DNA of 63,275 nucleotides, counting the filler, from Octopus bimaculoides (lineage: Eukaryota): the NCBI RefSeq assembly GCF_001194135.2. It is 6 parts of 6 records of this genome, joined end to end, with 100 filler letters (N's around TTAATTAATTAA, not from the genome) between each part and the next. Parts side by side here need not be neighbours in the genome. Positions count along the whole stretch, not along the records: positions 1 to 25,432 come from NC_068983.1; 5 more parts are not named here. One strand, written 5' to 3'. Below the pieces are notes generated by a model that did not search any database, was not told the DNA's origin, and saw only the letters and a program-made list of their open reading frames with translations. Shown here piece by piece: positions 1 to 13,531 of the stretch. The translations under genes and the position numbers were made by a program. Each line of letters opens with the position of its first letter. Positions within the stretch are counted from its first letter, which is position 1.

Positions 1-180
1 TTTTTGTATTTTGCTAGGGCCGAAACTGCCCCTGGGGGCCAATTCCTGCCCTTGAAAATACACGCAAATGAAGCCTAGGTGCTTCGCAACAAAATTATTT
101 AAAAATTCCAACAAAATGTGGACAATAAAAGGTCAAATAAACGTTTACCTTCGCAGCCGATGTGACAGCACGTCCGTGAG

Positions 181-193
181 AAGAGATAGATAA

Positions 194-259
<66 letters not shown>

Positions 260-262
260 CGA
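181..262. repeat. (GATA)n tetranucleotide microsatellite
   Basis: Direct reading of the tandem GATA run. Similar (TATC)n runs occur at ~13460, ~19720 and ~21060. Confidence 0.95.
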
Positions 263-1134
263 TCTACACACACACATCTCACCCAGAGCTACACATTTGC
301 CCACACAAAGACAACGCAGGCAAACACTTACAACAAGTCGCCTTCACGTGGATATATTTGTCTAAATAGTAGCTTATTTCTAAACTACTTGCCCATAATG
401 CACCGCATTCATACATGCATGCATAGATCCATACACTCTTACATATGCGCATTCTTACATGCCATTTGCCAGCCATTTGCCCATCCATCCATGAATCCAC
501 ACTCATACACACGCATTTGTACAGAAACACATACTTACACGTATATTTAATCCTTGTATACTTATATATAAACATGTGTGTGTGTGTGTGTGTGTGTGTG
601 TTTGTGTGTGTGTGTGCACATACGTGTATATGCATGCATGTATAGATGTATCTCTCTATATTAGTTTCATACATACTGTATGTATATATGAACACATGCG
701 CGCGCGTGCACACACACACATACACCCTCTCTTTCTACCTCGCGCGCACGCATTTGTGTATGTATGTTTGTATATATATATACATATATATATAGATGAA
801 TTTCCTGTACCAAATGAAAACTCATTTCCGAAAGACCTTAGGCTAAGCAAAACCCTCATCTAATATATGATAACATAGTTATCCTGATAACGCCAGAATA
901 TCCGATAACATAGAGCGAGAAAGGACGATTATATTAAAACGTATTTATTTCTATAATTATTAATTGGTGCTGCTGATGTGAATGAATAAATGCATGAGGA
1001 AGATCATTATGCAGAGATGCTCAGTATTTTCTGTCAAAGAAGGGCAGATAGCATCAGTATGAACTCGATGGCTATAGTGATGACGAGTACGGGGGATAAA
1101 GATTGCGACGTAGCTGGTGAGGCTAAATGGGCGT

Positions 1135-1600
1135 ACAACGACGTCGACGAACCAACATTTTTTTCTTATTGCAATTGCTTGATCACATAGTCTCTGTTCC
1201 GTGGGTTGAAACAATCCCTTTTCACTCCAGTGATCATACATACGTTGTCAGTAACCCATAATTTGGGCACCATTTTCATCTACCGGGTTCCTCAGGTAGT
1301 AACACTCAATGACCACAGCATTAATTTGCTTGCTCCATCTACGCCGTGTGTGGTGGTCCCTTTCTGGATATCGACAGGCTGGAGCCAGACCAGAATCTCT
1401 GGGCCATCCGGGTGTACCACTATCACCATCATTGGCTTCAGTTTCATTCCCACCGTTATTCACAATATTTTGTTTTTTCATTGTCACTCATATGAGGTAG
1501 TGATTATCAGGTTGCGCAATTACCAGTGTTTTTATTGTGACACCATCACTAAATGTATCATGAATCAGGACATGGGGAGATTCCACCCGCTTCCTTTCAT
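1135..1600 (-). mobile_element. 5' region of an R4/Dong-like RLE non-LTR retrotransposon (decayed)
   Basis: Minus frame reads RRRWSKQINAVVIECYYLRNPVDENGAQIMGY*QRMYDHWSEKGLFQPTEQRLCDQAIAIRKKCW. This resembles the N-terminal region of R4/Dong-clade ORFs. The in-frame TGA at 1248-1250 may be CGA decay. Confidence 0.65.
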
Positions 1601-2175
1601 TATTATTAATATCATCGCTGATATCACTGATATTATTGTTTTTATTTATTTTTTTTTACTATTTGTCATTGTTATATTAACAGTCTCAGAGGTTACACAA
1701 GCCTATGCAGGGCAAGGTGGCACTAATTTCCAGCGCTGCTCACATGGACAGCCGCATAGAAAATTACCCTATTTGATCTGGCCTTCCTCGGCGGTGTTAG
1801 TTGAAATTTAAAAGAGTTGTAACTACTGTTTCTGTCATGCAGAACGACATTCCAGAGAATCCATTGTTCACTTGTAATCTTCTTCGGTGGACAGGCTCAG
1901 CGTAAGAAGGCTGAGATCGTTACGTTCGTCCTTATTTCTGTAGCCACGATAACTGCGTTTTTTTTTTCACTGTTGTTTTCTTTTTTTGTCGCTAGCTAGG
2001 CTATCTTCTCTAACCACGGGTTCCGAGAGGGTGGTAGATTTTAGTTACTTCCTGTGTTGTTGACGTTCTTGTATTAGTTTCTGTCAGCTACTGCCTTTAT
2101 TGTTGTATCTATGTGTAGTAGCAGCAATTGTGACAGCAACAACAACAGTAGTAGGGGTGAGGTAGTGGTAGTAGT

Positions 2176-2176
2176 A

Positions 2177-2247
<71 letters not shown>

Positions 2248-2250
2248 TAA
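2176..2250. repeat. (ATT)n microsatellite
   Basis: Direct reading. Confidence 0.95.
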
Positions 2251-2394
2251 GGCGACGAGTTGGCATCATTGTTGGTATGCCCGGCAGAATGCTTAGCGAT
2301 ATTTCGTCCGCCTTAACAGTGAGGTTGACTTTGCCTTTCATCTTCCTGGGGTCGATAAAATAAGTACCAGTTGAGCACTGGGGTCAATGTAGCC

Positions 2395-2396
<2 letters not shown>
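2251..2396 (+). mobile_element. tRNA-derived SINE, family B (ggcggcgagctggcagaatcgttagc head, ATT tail)
   Basis: Matches many other copies in the window (aatgcttagc...gactttgcctttcatc...ggggtcgataaaataagtaccagttgagcactggggtc). Confidence 0.8.
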
Positions 2397-2426
<30 letters not shown>

Positions 2427-2482
2427 TATTATTATTATTATTATTATTATTATCATTATTAGTATTATTATCATTATTATTA

Positions 2483-2516
<34 letters not shown>

Positions 2517-2720
2517 GGTGGCGAGCAGTCAGAATCATTAAAGTATCTGACATAATACTTAGCAGGTTTCTGTCCATCTTTACATTATGAACCGAAATTC
2601 CGCCACCTTGTCTTTTATCCTTTTTCAGGGTCGATAGATGTAACAGCAAAGCACTGATGTCGATGTCTCGACTATCCCCTCCCTCAACATTTAGGTCCCT
2701 GTGCCTATTGCAGAAAGGGT
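2517..2720 (+). mobile_element. SINE family B copy
   Basis: Same motif series, flanked by (ATT)n. Confidence 0.75.
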
Positions 2721-3371
2721 CATTATTATTATTTTTATTCATAAACATTTTTGTTTGTTTTTGTTTTGGTTGCATTTCTTTTAACACAACTTTTTAAATA
2801 CTGAGTTGATGAAATGTCTGGTGTTCGTTTTCCATATTTTCTTTAATGAAATTAATCAAACATTTCTTGGAGACTGTCAAAGACATTTAAGCAACTACTG
2901 GTAGTTCCTTAAAGGAGATTAACATCAAAGAAGAAAAGCTGTGAACTAATTCGTGTACGTATATGTATGCATATTTGTGTGTGTATGCGTGAATGTTTCT
3001 CTGTCTTTGCGTGTGTGCGTATCTGCGAAAGTTGTGAACATAAGCATATTTTCAAAATTGCTTTTTATATATCTAAGCTTATACATCACGTGCAAAGTAA
3101 TCAAGATATTAAGAAATGGGTTCCACCCAATGATGAAAAACCGTGATGCTGAGAAGCCTAATTATCAGTTAATTACCAAATATGCAAAATATGAACGCAA
3201 AAACGAAGTAAAACGGCGTTTTGAAACTGGAACATGAAAGATATATTCCTTTCACAAGCTTTTGATTCTATTCTGGAAATGTGTTATTGCTACTCGAATT
3301 AGATAGCGTAGTTTACCTGAAGGGGCTTTGATTTGAGAAGGGAATAAATAAAATAAACCTTATCTAAGTAG

Positions 3372-3495
3372 GTGATAGCTTGTCGTTGTGGTGGTGATGG
3401 TAGAAGTGCTTGCGCTGGAAGTAACAGTGGTGGTATTGATGGCACTAGTGGAGTGGTGATGCTGGTGGTGGTGTTGGTAGTGGTGGTGGCAGTGA

Positions 3496-3541
<46 letters not shown>

Positions 3542-4260
3542 TAGTGGTAGTGGTGTGGTAGTGGGGGTAGTTGTGATGGTGGTGGTGGTTATGGTGGTGG
3601 TTATGGTGGTGGTTGTCGTGGTGGTTGTCGTGGTGGTTGTCGTGGTAGTGGTGTTGGTGGTGTTGGTGGTGGTGGTGTTGGTGGTGGTGGTGATGGAGGT
3701 GTCGATGGTATTGNNNNNNNNNNNNNNNNNNNNNNNNNNNNNNNNNNNNNNNNNNNNNNNNNNNNNNNNNNNNNNNNNNNNNNNNNNNNNNNNNNNNNNN
3801 NNNNNNNNNNNNNNNNNNNNNNNNNNNNNNNNNNNNNNNNNNNNNNNNNNNNNNNNNNNNNNNNNNNNNNNNNNNNNNNNNNNNNNNNNNNNNNNNNNNN
3901 NNNNNNNNNNNGGAAGTGTCGATGGTATTGATGATGGTGGTGGTAGTGGTGGTGGTAGTGGTGGTGGTAGTGGTGGTGGTGGTGCTGGTGCTGGTGGTGG
4001 TGCTGGTGGTCGTCGTCGTCGCTATGGTGGTGTTGGTGGTATTGGCGGTGGCGGCGAGTTTCGTTGATAATGATACTGTTTATCAAGTGCAAGTTGATTA
4101 GCCGGTGATGGATTTCTTTCTAATAACTGTCTAATCGCGATGTCTTGTGATGAAGGTTTTAAAACATTTGGGATACTGAAGCATAGTTGGAGACATGGTG
4201 AGAGGTGATAATATTAATTGTGATGGTGGTGGTGGTGGTGGTGGTGGTGGTGATAGTGGT
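3372..4260. repeat. (GGT/GTA)n low-complexity trinucleotide block with gap
   Basis: Direct reading. Produces spurious poly-V/G/H ORFs. Confidence 0.9.
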
Positions 4261-5139
4261 AGTCTAAGATATTGCAGTAGCAGTACTGATAATTATGCTT
4301 TCAGAACAAGTACAGTCGTTGTTGTTAATATTGTTGCTGTTTATGTTTATTTCTAGGTCAGTTCTGATCCAGGAGAGCAGTTCTCAAATACAATCTCTTC
4401 AGAAGTATTTCGTCTATTTAAAAAAAAAAACATGGTGTATCTAGTACAACATTATATTACGTATCTTTGTTTTAAGACAGTGAACTGTAATTTGAATAAT
4501 ATACTGCAGTCATTTATAACAGGTCGAGCATAACGACTAGACTTGGGCTAATGACTGTTTCAATCGTAAGCAATATTCAGGAGAGGGGGATATACGAGAG
4601 GGAGATAAGTAGCTGTGATCTTAATGCGTTCCTGAAAAGATACGCTAACGAAGCGTTTCCAGCTGTCATCAAACTAGTGACGCAGATTAGGTTCTCTGAG
4701 ACGTGACTGCTTTACTGTTTTACTAAGTGATAAAGGTTATATTTCGGGAATCCATTCAGTTCTTATGATATATAATATATTTTATCTGGTGTAACTTGAT
4801 ATAACGTTGTCATACAAAAATCAGAGAGAAGACATTAGAGTAATTTTCTGTCCTCTTTCAACCGAGCATGAAGGGCAAAAAAGAAAAAAAAAGAAAAGAA
4901 AACCTTTGGGTAGAAAGGACTAGATGTATCGAAATAAATAGCTTTCTTAAGAGAAGTTTCAATATTAGTAAAATGAAATAATTATTACTAACGACATACA
5001 CCGAGCAGGGACCACAGTCTTAGATCACTCACGCATTAACGTTCATTTATCTATTCATTCATCCATCTATTTTATCCATTAGCTATTCTTGGAGTGGAGG
5101 GTGATTTTGGAGGTAGATTCCTCAGGCAACTCCTACACA

Positions 5140-5470
5140 GGGTCCTACCAGAAGCAACTATTATTAAACTTGCCATTCATATTTACAAGCGTGTATTGAG
5201 ACTATGGATATTGTTCAACTTCCTCGTTCTTGGATTATTTTCCTAGGTCACCTGCGCGTTGGCTCGGCTTGATGAACTCTTGTGATTTTTCCCTGCCATA
5301 TTCTAGTTACATGTCCGTAGTATCGGAGCTGTGATGTCTCAATGAATGGCTCGACCTGGAGAGAGATTCTCTCATCTTCGAGTTATGCAAGCTGTCGAGT
5401 AAGGTTATACCAGAGATACTTCGGAGGAACCTCATTTTGGCTGCTTATATTTAATGTGCTGCATTCAACG
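5140..5470 (-). mobile_element. RTE-clade LINE fragment (RT C-terminal region)
   Basis: Minus translation AAKMRFLRSISGITLLD...RESLQVEP...SQLRYYGHV matches the RTE post-RT motif. Confidence 0.75.
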
Positions 5471-6477
5471 ACCTATGATTAAGGAAGCCTCAACACGATC
5501 GCTCAGCATGCTAAAATTAGCAACTAAATTTTCTCAAATCATTTTTTTAAACGAAAAGGCGGGTTTCGTTGAATAATGTTTTACTGGAGATAGCGTAGCT
5601 GAAAAACTGATGAGATAGTCTCAAATGAATTCCTTTTGATCAACGGTCTATTAAGATTCGATTAACCTAATACTAAACTTAATTAATAATTCACCAGCAA
5701 ATACAAGATATATAAACTCAATAGTAATTAGCAAAGTTACTTATTATCTTGGTTACACAAATATTTTGACTTCTGACATTGAATGAAGGCCAAGATTTAG
5801 TGGAAAAGGAGAAAGAGCCCAGTTAAACCTGCCCAGCACTTAATTGGAAGAATTTATTGGACTAAAGATGAAAAACAAAAAAATGTCAATTCCTCAGTGA
5901 GATTTGAACGCAGAAAAGTGTAGACGTAAGAAAATACAGCAAAGTAGTTTGTCTCGTGCGTGTCGAATCTGATAGCGACTGCCTTTGGTGCAATATATAT
6001 GCCTAGTATAGGGAAATGGACTAGTAGAATCGTTAGTGCGTCGAACAAAACGTCAAACAGTATTTAGTTATGACTCGTTACGTTCTGAGCTTACATGCTT
6101 TCAAGGTCAAATTTCATTTCATTCATTTCTTCGAGGTGCATCAAGTAAAATCACCTGCCAACTTCTGTAGTCGATTTACTACGCTAACCTTATCCCATCA
6201 AAAAATTTCAAGTTTTGTCTCTATGTTAGAAAAATTATAATATCCATACGATGTTTAATTTACATTATGATATCGTGGTTTATTTTCTCATTAATCCACT
6301 TCTACTTGTTTCAGTTATCGGACTAGTCGACAAAATTGACCCCAGTATTTGATTTTGAGTATGATATTTATTCCGTCGGTATCTTTTACCGAACAAATAA
6401 TTTAAGAGAACGTAAGCAAAGCAACACCGGCTGTGATGCAGTCGGGAGGATAAACACAAAGATACATACCTAGACAC

Positions 6478-6512
<35 letters not shown>

Positions 6513-7122
6513 TACACATATCTTCTTTCTTTCCTCTTTTCTTCTTCTCGGTCCCTCTCTCTCACTTTCTTGGCGTTCTTTTTCTTTCCATTTGTCTTTT
6601 TCTCGCTCCTCCTCTCACATTTCTAGGCATTCACTTTCTTTAATCTCTCTACTTTCCTCTGTTATCTCCCTCGTACCATTCCCTCTGTCCCCTTTCTCTC
6701 TCTCTCTCTTTCTTTCTTTCTTCCTCTCTCTCTCTCTCTTTCTTTCTTTCTACCTCTCTCTCTCTCTCTCTCTCTCTCTCGCTCTCTCTCTCTCTAGTTC
6801 CTTCCCTAATTCTTCAGTCCTTCTGCTCCCTACCTCGGTGCTCGACCAAGCATGCTCTTTCTTTCTTGGCCTGACCACCGCTCGTGCTACACATTATTTT
6901 CCTGTCTCCTGACTTGCCAGTAAGTTTGTTGCCGCAAGGCTTCCACTTCACACGCCAGCTTAACTTAACTTGTCCTTTTAGTCGAAGGACACCTGTTGCT
7001 AATATTTGTAATCGTGTAACATTTTCTCCATTTTCTAGTTTTTCTGTCCGTGTTGTCGCATATATTTGCTCGCTTTCTTCCAAAAATTTAATGCCCTTAG
7101 CTTAGATTTTTGGAGCCTGCCC

Positions 7123-7411
7123 TTAGCTTAAATTTTTGAACAGTCTCAAGTATAACAGGCCAAAAACTGTAATGATGATTGGAAGCTTGACTGATGAATA
7201 GAAAGCCACGACTGCTTTGTCCTGGTTTTCCTGTCCGTCTTGGTATGGTCCGTCTGTCCGTATGTTTTCATTGTCGTCCGTTACGTTCTTGTTCCGTTTG
7301 TTTTGGGGATTTATATATATATTAGGGACAAAATCCAAAATTGCAGGTATTCCGTTTCCTTTGCAAAGTCTCAGTCTGTATTTCAATGTTTTCATTTCAA
7401 ATTTTGATTCG
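7123..7411 (-). CDS. Candidate terminal coding exon with a hydrophobic C-terminus (GPI-signal or tail-anchor like)
   Basis: Non-repetitive frame ESKFEMKTLKYRLRLCKGNG...QDKAVVAFYSSVKLPIIITVFGLLYLRLFKNLS*, with a possible acceptor ttttgcaaatag at 7412. No family recognised. Confidence 0.3.
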
Positions 7412-7619
7412 CTATTTGCAAAACTCACAGATTATTCTATATAAGTAATCTAAAAACATTATATAATTTTTGTTAAAAAATTAAGAAGTGATTTGCGTTT
7501 TATAGCTGTTTGGAATGCTATAAGCCTTATAATAATAACAAACCGGACCGATTTTGCCCATTTTATAAAACTTAAAAACCATGGGAAAAGCCTTTTCTTT
7601 AAAAAAAAAAGGAATGTAT

Positions 7620-7745
7620 ATATTTTCAGAAGAAAAGGTGAACAATTAAAGGGAGGTTTGGCTGTTGTTTCTAGCACAATCCAAACCACCTTCCGTCTTT
7701 ACTCTCACACGTATTGATGTTTTCTCAATCAATATTTTCTCCCAT
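7620..7745 (+). repeat. Interspersed repeat (family E) copy; inverted partner at 8100-8230
   Basis: gggaggtttggctgttgtttctagc...caatattttctcccat is reverse-complementary to 8100-8230. Confidence 0.75.
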
Positions 7746-8099
7746 TAGACACATTTTATGGAATGATGATGCTGAAGTAGCACACGTTTTGTCCATTGGT
7801 GGAATATAAACCACAACAAAAATTTGTAATCTAAATTTTTACTCCTACTTCAATCATGCGAAGCCGTGTGCATGTGTGAGAAAAAACATTTTCTAACAGA
7901 AAAGTATACTTTTAAAATGAATTATCGTTTACGTAACTCTTTCTTTTTTAAATCACTGTGGATAAATGCCAGCAATGATCTTCTCAGACTCTTCAGTATT
8001 TTAAATTATAAACAAAAACAATCGGGGAAAGAGAGTGAGGTTTCAAAAAAATTCATTATTTGTCAAATTTTATTTTTTATAGCATATAAATGTATTTAT

Positions 8100-8230
8100 G
8101 GGAAGAAAATATTGATAAACATCAGTACATGCGAGAGTGATAAAGAAACGAGGAGGGTTGTCTTGGGGTGAGCTAGAAACAACAGCCAAATCCTCCTTAA
8201 ATCACTCACTTTTCTCTCTGAAAATATTAA
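8100..8230 (-). repeat. Interspersed repeat (family E) copy, inverted relative to 7620-7745
   Basis: Minus strand reads aggaggatttggctgttgtttctagc...caatattttcttcccat. Confidence 0.75.
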
Positions 8231-10084
8231 CAATTTAAAAAGTTTTTTTTTACCGAAAAGGCTACTCCCATGCTCTTGAAGTGCCAAAAAATTGATCAAA
8301 ATAGATCCGGAGTGCGATGATGAGGGAGGGAGGGTGTGAGAAAATTTTTCAAAACTTTTTTCATACAAAGATGCAGCACACCCTACCCCATCATTTCGAA
8401 GGCTGCGGAAAATCCCAGTCAAAACAGAGTAGTTCTAACTTATTTGGTCTTCCTGATCCGAAACTCCTCTCTCCCCACCGCTTCGGAAAACATTTTCCTC
8501 ACAAATTATAATCACAAATTATAATCGTAATCTATGTCGTCTGAAAAGTATTTTTATAAACTTTCATTAAAAGATACTCATTTTCCTGAACGTTATGAGG
8601 GAATACATCCTCTCTCCATTCCTTCAGAAAAGTTCTTTCCCATAAATCCCTATATACTCTGAAGCTACAATATCTAAGCGGTATTTGTAGAAAATTCCGT
8701 TATAAAGTATCCAGTTTTCTTGATGTTATGAGTCATCAAAATCGGGGGCGTATACATCTATAGTTATGCCCTTGTATTTATAAGAATTTTTCATTTCATG
8801 TTTNNNNNNNNNNCACACACAAACACATACACACACACACACACACACACATCACACATACTGCAAAGCTTACAGATAGGCTGCTGAATTGAAATTTCTA
8901 TGCTGTTTTGAAGGGAAGGTAAAACTTGAGAAACTGCTCCCCCTTTGTAGTTGGGCTACCTTTATGTTGTTTAAAAATGAGAGATTATGATTGTGATAGA
9001 ATAATGAAAGCAATATTTACTAAGCAAGTGAGAACTATTATAAAAATAAATAATTAGGCGTAAAATATTATAGAAATTATTAGAATTGGGAATCAAATAT
9101 GAAAATATTATCAAGTGGCTAGCAGAAAACTGTCCGGAGTGTGGTCTTTCTGCTAATGTGTATAATGCTACACCCACAAATACAATGTTCTTGAAGTGTT
9201 AATTAATGACTAATAAGGGTCCGTTAATCTAATATTTGTAATTAAGATTTCATAGCAATTACTACATTTCTAAAATTACAAATAACAACTTGGTAAAATG
9301 AAAAGATTAACAGAATATAATAGATTGTTTTTGTACTGGCTAGGTTGATAAATGATTAAATGTGCCGCATATTGGGATTGAGCCCAAAACCATGTGGGAA
9401 TTGGCTTCATAAGAGCATAGCCATACTGATGTCATGTTCAAATTAATCTCATGTCCACAACGGTCTTTTGGCAAGCAAATAATCTTGTTTAAGGATTCAG
9501 TAAGGACAGAGAAAGATATATTGCAATTTATTTATTTTAAATTTCATTGATAGTAACTATTATCTTTTTATAATTACAAATAACTTGAAGAAATATAAAA
9601 AAATAGATAAAATATAATGTTTTTGTTCTGCTTCGGTTGCTGAATGATAAAATATGGCTGTTGATTTATTTGCCAGAACAATCGTGTTGGAAGCAGTTTA
9701 CAACAAAGTAAATCCTCAGAGAAATAAAGATCTCAAAAGACGAGTTATTTTCAGAGATGGTGTTTTTAAACAATAGCTATGCTAGACTTCCGCTTTATAC
9801 ATATTACCGAATCTTCACATACAGGAAACCTAATAACCAAAATTTTCCAGAAGATTTCTGTGAATCATTGACATAAGAGTCTACAGAAATGTTATATGAT
9901 ATTCATATAATTGAGAGAAAGCGTGTATAATCATTTAAAAACGCATTTTTCCTCAAAAGAAAATAAGAGAGTTGTCTTCGAAATCCGTTGAGATACTCAT
10001 TACAATCTGCAGCGGGACGTAAGGACGAAAAAACTAAATAGGGTTCTCAGCATGAATACACCCAAATGACTTAGACCAGTAAGT

Positions 10085-10119
<35 letters not shown>

Positions 10120-11393
10120 CTACACACGCATCAAAACACATAGGCATACACCTTGAATATATATANNNNNNNNNNNNNNNNNNNNNNNNNNNNNNNNNNN
10201 NNNNNNNNNNNNNNNNNNNNNNNNNNNNNNNNNNNNNNNNNNNNNNNNNNNNNNNNNNNNNNNNNNNNNNNNNNNNNNNNNNNNNNNNNNNNNNNNNNNN
10301 NNNNNNNNNNNNNNNNNNNNNNNNNNNNNNNNNNNNNNNNNNNNNNNNNNNNNNNNNNNNNNNNNNNNNNNNNNNNNNNNNNNNNNNNNNNNNNNNNNNN
10401 NNNNNNNNNNNNNNNNNNNNNNNNNNNNNNNNNNNNNNNNNNNNNNNNNNNNNNNNNNNNNNNNNNNNNNNNNNNNNNNNNNNNNNNNNNNNNNNNNNNN
10501 NNNNNNNNNNNNNNNNNNNNNNNNNNNNNNNNNNNNNNNNNNNNNNNNNNNNNNNNNNNNNNNNNNNNNNNNNNNNNNNNNNNNNNNNNNNNNNNNNNNN
10601 NNNNNNNNNNNNNNNNNNNNNNNNNNNNNNNNNNNNNNNNNNNNNNNNNNNNNNNNNNNNNNNNNNNNNNNNNNNNNNNNNNNNNNNNNNNNNNNNNNNN
10701 NNNNNNNNNNNNNNNNNNNNNNNNNNNNNNNNNNNNNNNNNNNNNNNNNNNNNNNNNNNNNNNNNNNNNNNNNNNNNNNNNNNNNNNNNNNNNNNNNNNN
10801 NNNNNNNNNNNNNNNNNNNNNNNNNNNNNNNNNNNNNNNNNNNNNNNNNNNNNNNNNNNNNNNNNNNNNNNNNNNNNNNNNNNNNNNNNNNNNNNNNNNN
10901 NNNNNNNNNNNNNNNNNNNNNNNNNNNNNNNNNNNNNNNNNNNNNNNNNNNNNNNNNNNNNGATAGCCACGGAAGAAAAGGATTATTGACCGGAAGCATG
11001 TGACCATGCCGGTGTAAGGGGAAGAGAGAGAGTGGTAGAGGGAGAAACAAAGAGAGGAAGTAGAAGAATAGGTGAGCAACGAGAGGAAAAGAGAAAGAGA
11101 GGAAGTACGAGGGGAAAAAAGAGATACGTAGAAGTAACAGAGGAAGAACGAGAGGGGTAAAGCGAGATACGCAATAGTAAAGAGGAAGAACGAGAGGGGG
11201 AAAAATGATAGAGGAAGAGAAAGAGATAGAGTAGCGTCGGAAAATATAAGTTTACGAAAACTACTTACGAATTGGAGACGCTGCGTTCAGTCATGTAAAA
11301 AAAATAGTAAATGAGTATATGCATGTATACGTACAGGTATGTGCGTACCGACATCCACCTGTATGTATAGGTGCATATCTGGGTATATATACA

Positions 11394-11431
<38 letters not shown>

Positions 11432-11547
11432 GACCGGCCATAGCTATCTTTATCTAATTACTCTATTGCTACATAAATTAGAGTGTGATTCTCTTTCGGA
11501 TTTATTGTTTATTATCGTTCAAAATTTGCACAGACACACACACACAG

Positions 11548-11587
<40 letters not shown>

Positions 11588-12447
11588 NNNNNNNNNNNNN
11601 NNNNNNNNNNNNNNNNNNNNNNNNNNNNNNNNNNNNNNNNNNNNNNNNNNNNNNNNNNNNNNNNNNNNNNNNNNNNNNNNNNNNNNNNNNNNNNNNNNNN
11701 NNNNNNNNNNNNNNNNNNNNNNNNNNNNNNNNNNNNNNNNNNNNNNNNNNNNNNNNNNNNNNNNNNNNNNNNNNNNNNNNNNNNNNNNNNNNNNNNNNNN
11801 NNNNNNNNNNNNNNNNNNNNNNNNNNNNNNNNNNNNNNNNNNNNNNNNNNNNNNNNNNNNNNNNNNNNNNNNNNNNNNNNNNNNNNNNNNNNNNNNNNNN
11901 NNNNNNNNNNNNNNNNNNNNNNNNNNNNNNNNNNNNNNNNNNNNNNNNNNNNNNNNNNNNNNNNNNNNNNNNNNNNNNNNNNNNNNNNNNNNNNNNNNNN
12001 NNNNNNNNNNNNNNNNNNNNNNNNNNNNNNNNNNNNNNNNNNNNNNNNNNNNNNNNNNNNNNNNNNNNNNNNNNNNNNNNNNNNNNNNNNNNNNNNNNNN
12101 NNNNNNNNNNNNNNNNNNNNNNNNNNNNNNNNNNNNNNNNNNNNNNNNNNNNNNNNNNNNNNNNNNNNNNNNNNNNNNNNNNNNNNNNNNNNNNNNNNNN
12201 NNNNNNNNNNNNNNNNNNNNNNNNNNNNNNNNNNNNNNNNNNNNNNNNNNNNNNNNNNNNNNNNNNNNNNNNNNNNNNNNNNNNNNNNNNNNNNNNNNNN
12301 NNNNNNNNNNNNNNNNNNNNNNNNNNNNNNNNNNNNNNNNNNNNNNNNNNNNNNNNNNNNNNNNNNNNNNNNNNNNNNNNNNNNNNNNNNNNNNNNNNNN
12401 NNNNNNNNNNNNNNNNNNNNNNNNNNNNNNNNNNNNNNNNNNNNNNN

Positions 12448-12498
<51 letters not shown>

Positions 12499-12684
12499 CA
12501 TGAATACCCACATGCATATGTATATAGGACATATATGTATTGCAATACATAATGTTCCTTGTAATGCGTGTGCACGCGCGCGTGATGTGCATGTCTGTGT
12601 GCTTGCTTGATTGTTCGTGTGCAGGCATTACATAAATACGAACATTCTTACAACCATTATATAGACCCAAAATAGGGCGGTACT

Positions 12685-12887
12685 TTGGCACAATCGTTGA
12701 CACGTCGGACAAAATGCTAAGCTGCATTTCGTCTCTTTTTACGTTCTGAGTTCAGATTCCGCCGAGGTCGAATTGCCTTTCATCCTTTCTGGGTCAATAA
12801 AATAAGTGCCAGTTGAGTTGATTGGTCGATGTAATAGACTTCCACTTCCCCTCAAAAACTGCTGGTCCTGCTCCAAAATTTGAAACC
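12685..12887 (+). mobile_element. SINE family B copy (CpG-retaining)
   Basis: ttctgagttcagattccgccgaggtcgaattgcctttcatcc; B-box-like GTTCAGATTCC. Confidence 0.8.
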
Positions 12888-13458
12888 TTACGTATTGCAA
12901 ATTTTCACGGCATTTTGTTATAGCCAGTGATATTTGTCAAAATTACTGAGGTCGTCCGGATTATAATTGGTTCAAATTTCGCGTGGGGATTTATTTCTCC
13001 CTATCCTGGATTAGAGCTTGCATATGTGTGAGAATGTATATAAGTACCATTGTACGTATATATGCCTGTATGTATGAATGTATGCACGTATGTATGCATA
13101 CATTAGTAGTTTTACCGAGGAGGAAGGAATTATATACGTTATTGTTGCAAAGCGTATGATTCGGTTAAAGTTAAGTTTGATCAGCTGTAAGTCGACGTCT
13201 GAAAGGAAAATCAAAGACAGCTCGGTGGAATACCATAGGATTGAAATCCTAGTAGGAAGGATTAGCCATAGTGTATCCATGGATTTATTGCTGGCTCAGT
13301 CGTCGTATGTCGAACTTTCTAGCAATTGATATGTGTACACTAAACGATGTGGCCAATGTACACAACATAGATTGCACTTAGAGCATTCCATGCAGATGAG
13401 CTTTTTGATAATGTCACTATAGAATTATGTGATTCATAAGTCCGTTCGCGCGTGTACG

Positions 13459-13531
<73 letters not shown>

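Noticed and set aside
990-1811. Plus-strand ORFs 990-1190 and 1206-1811
   Set aside because: Mostly antisense shadows of the decayed minus-strand retrotransposon ORF.
3372-4101. Poly-Val/Gly/His ORFs (also 29.3-30.1 kb and the poly-Phe/Leu ORF at 35187-35612)
   Set aside because: Translations of trinucleotide or purine-rich low-complexity DNA.
10034-12727. Long ORFs of 280-400 aa (also at 28 kb, 48.5-49.5 kb and 54.3-55.8 kb)
   Set aside because: They consist of N-runs and dinucleotide repeats.
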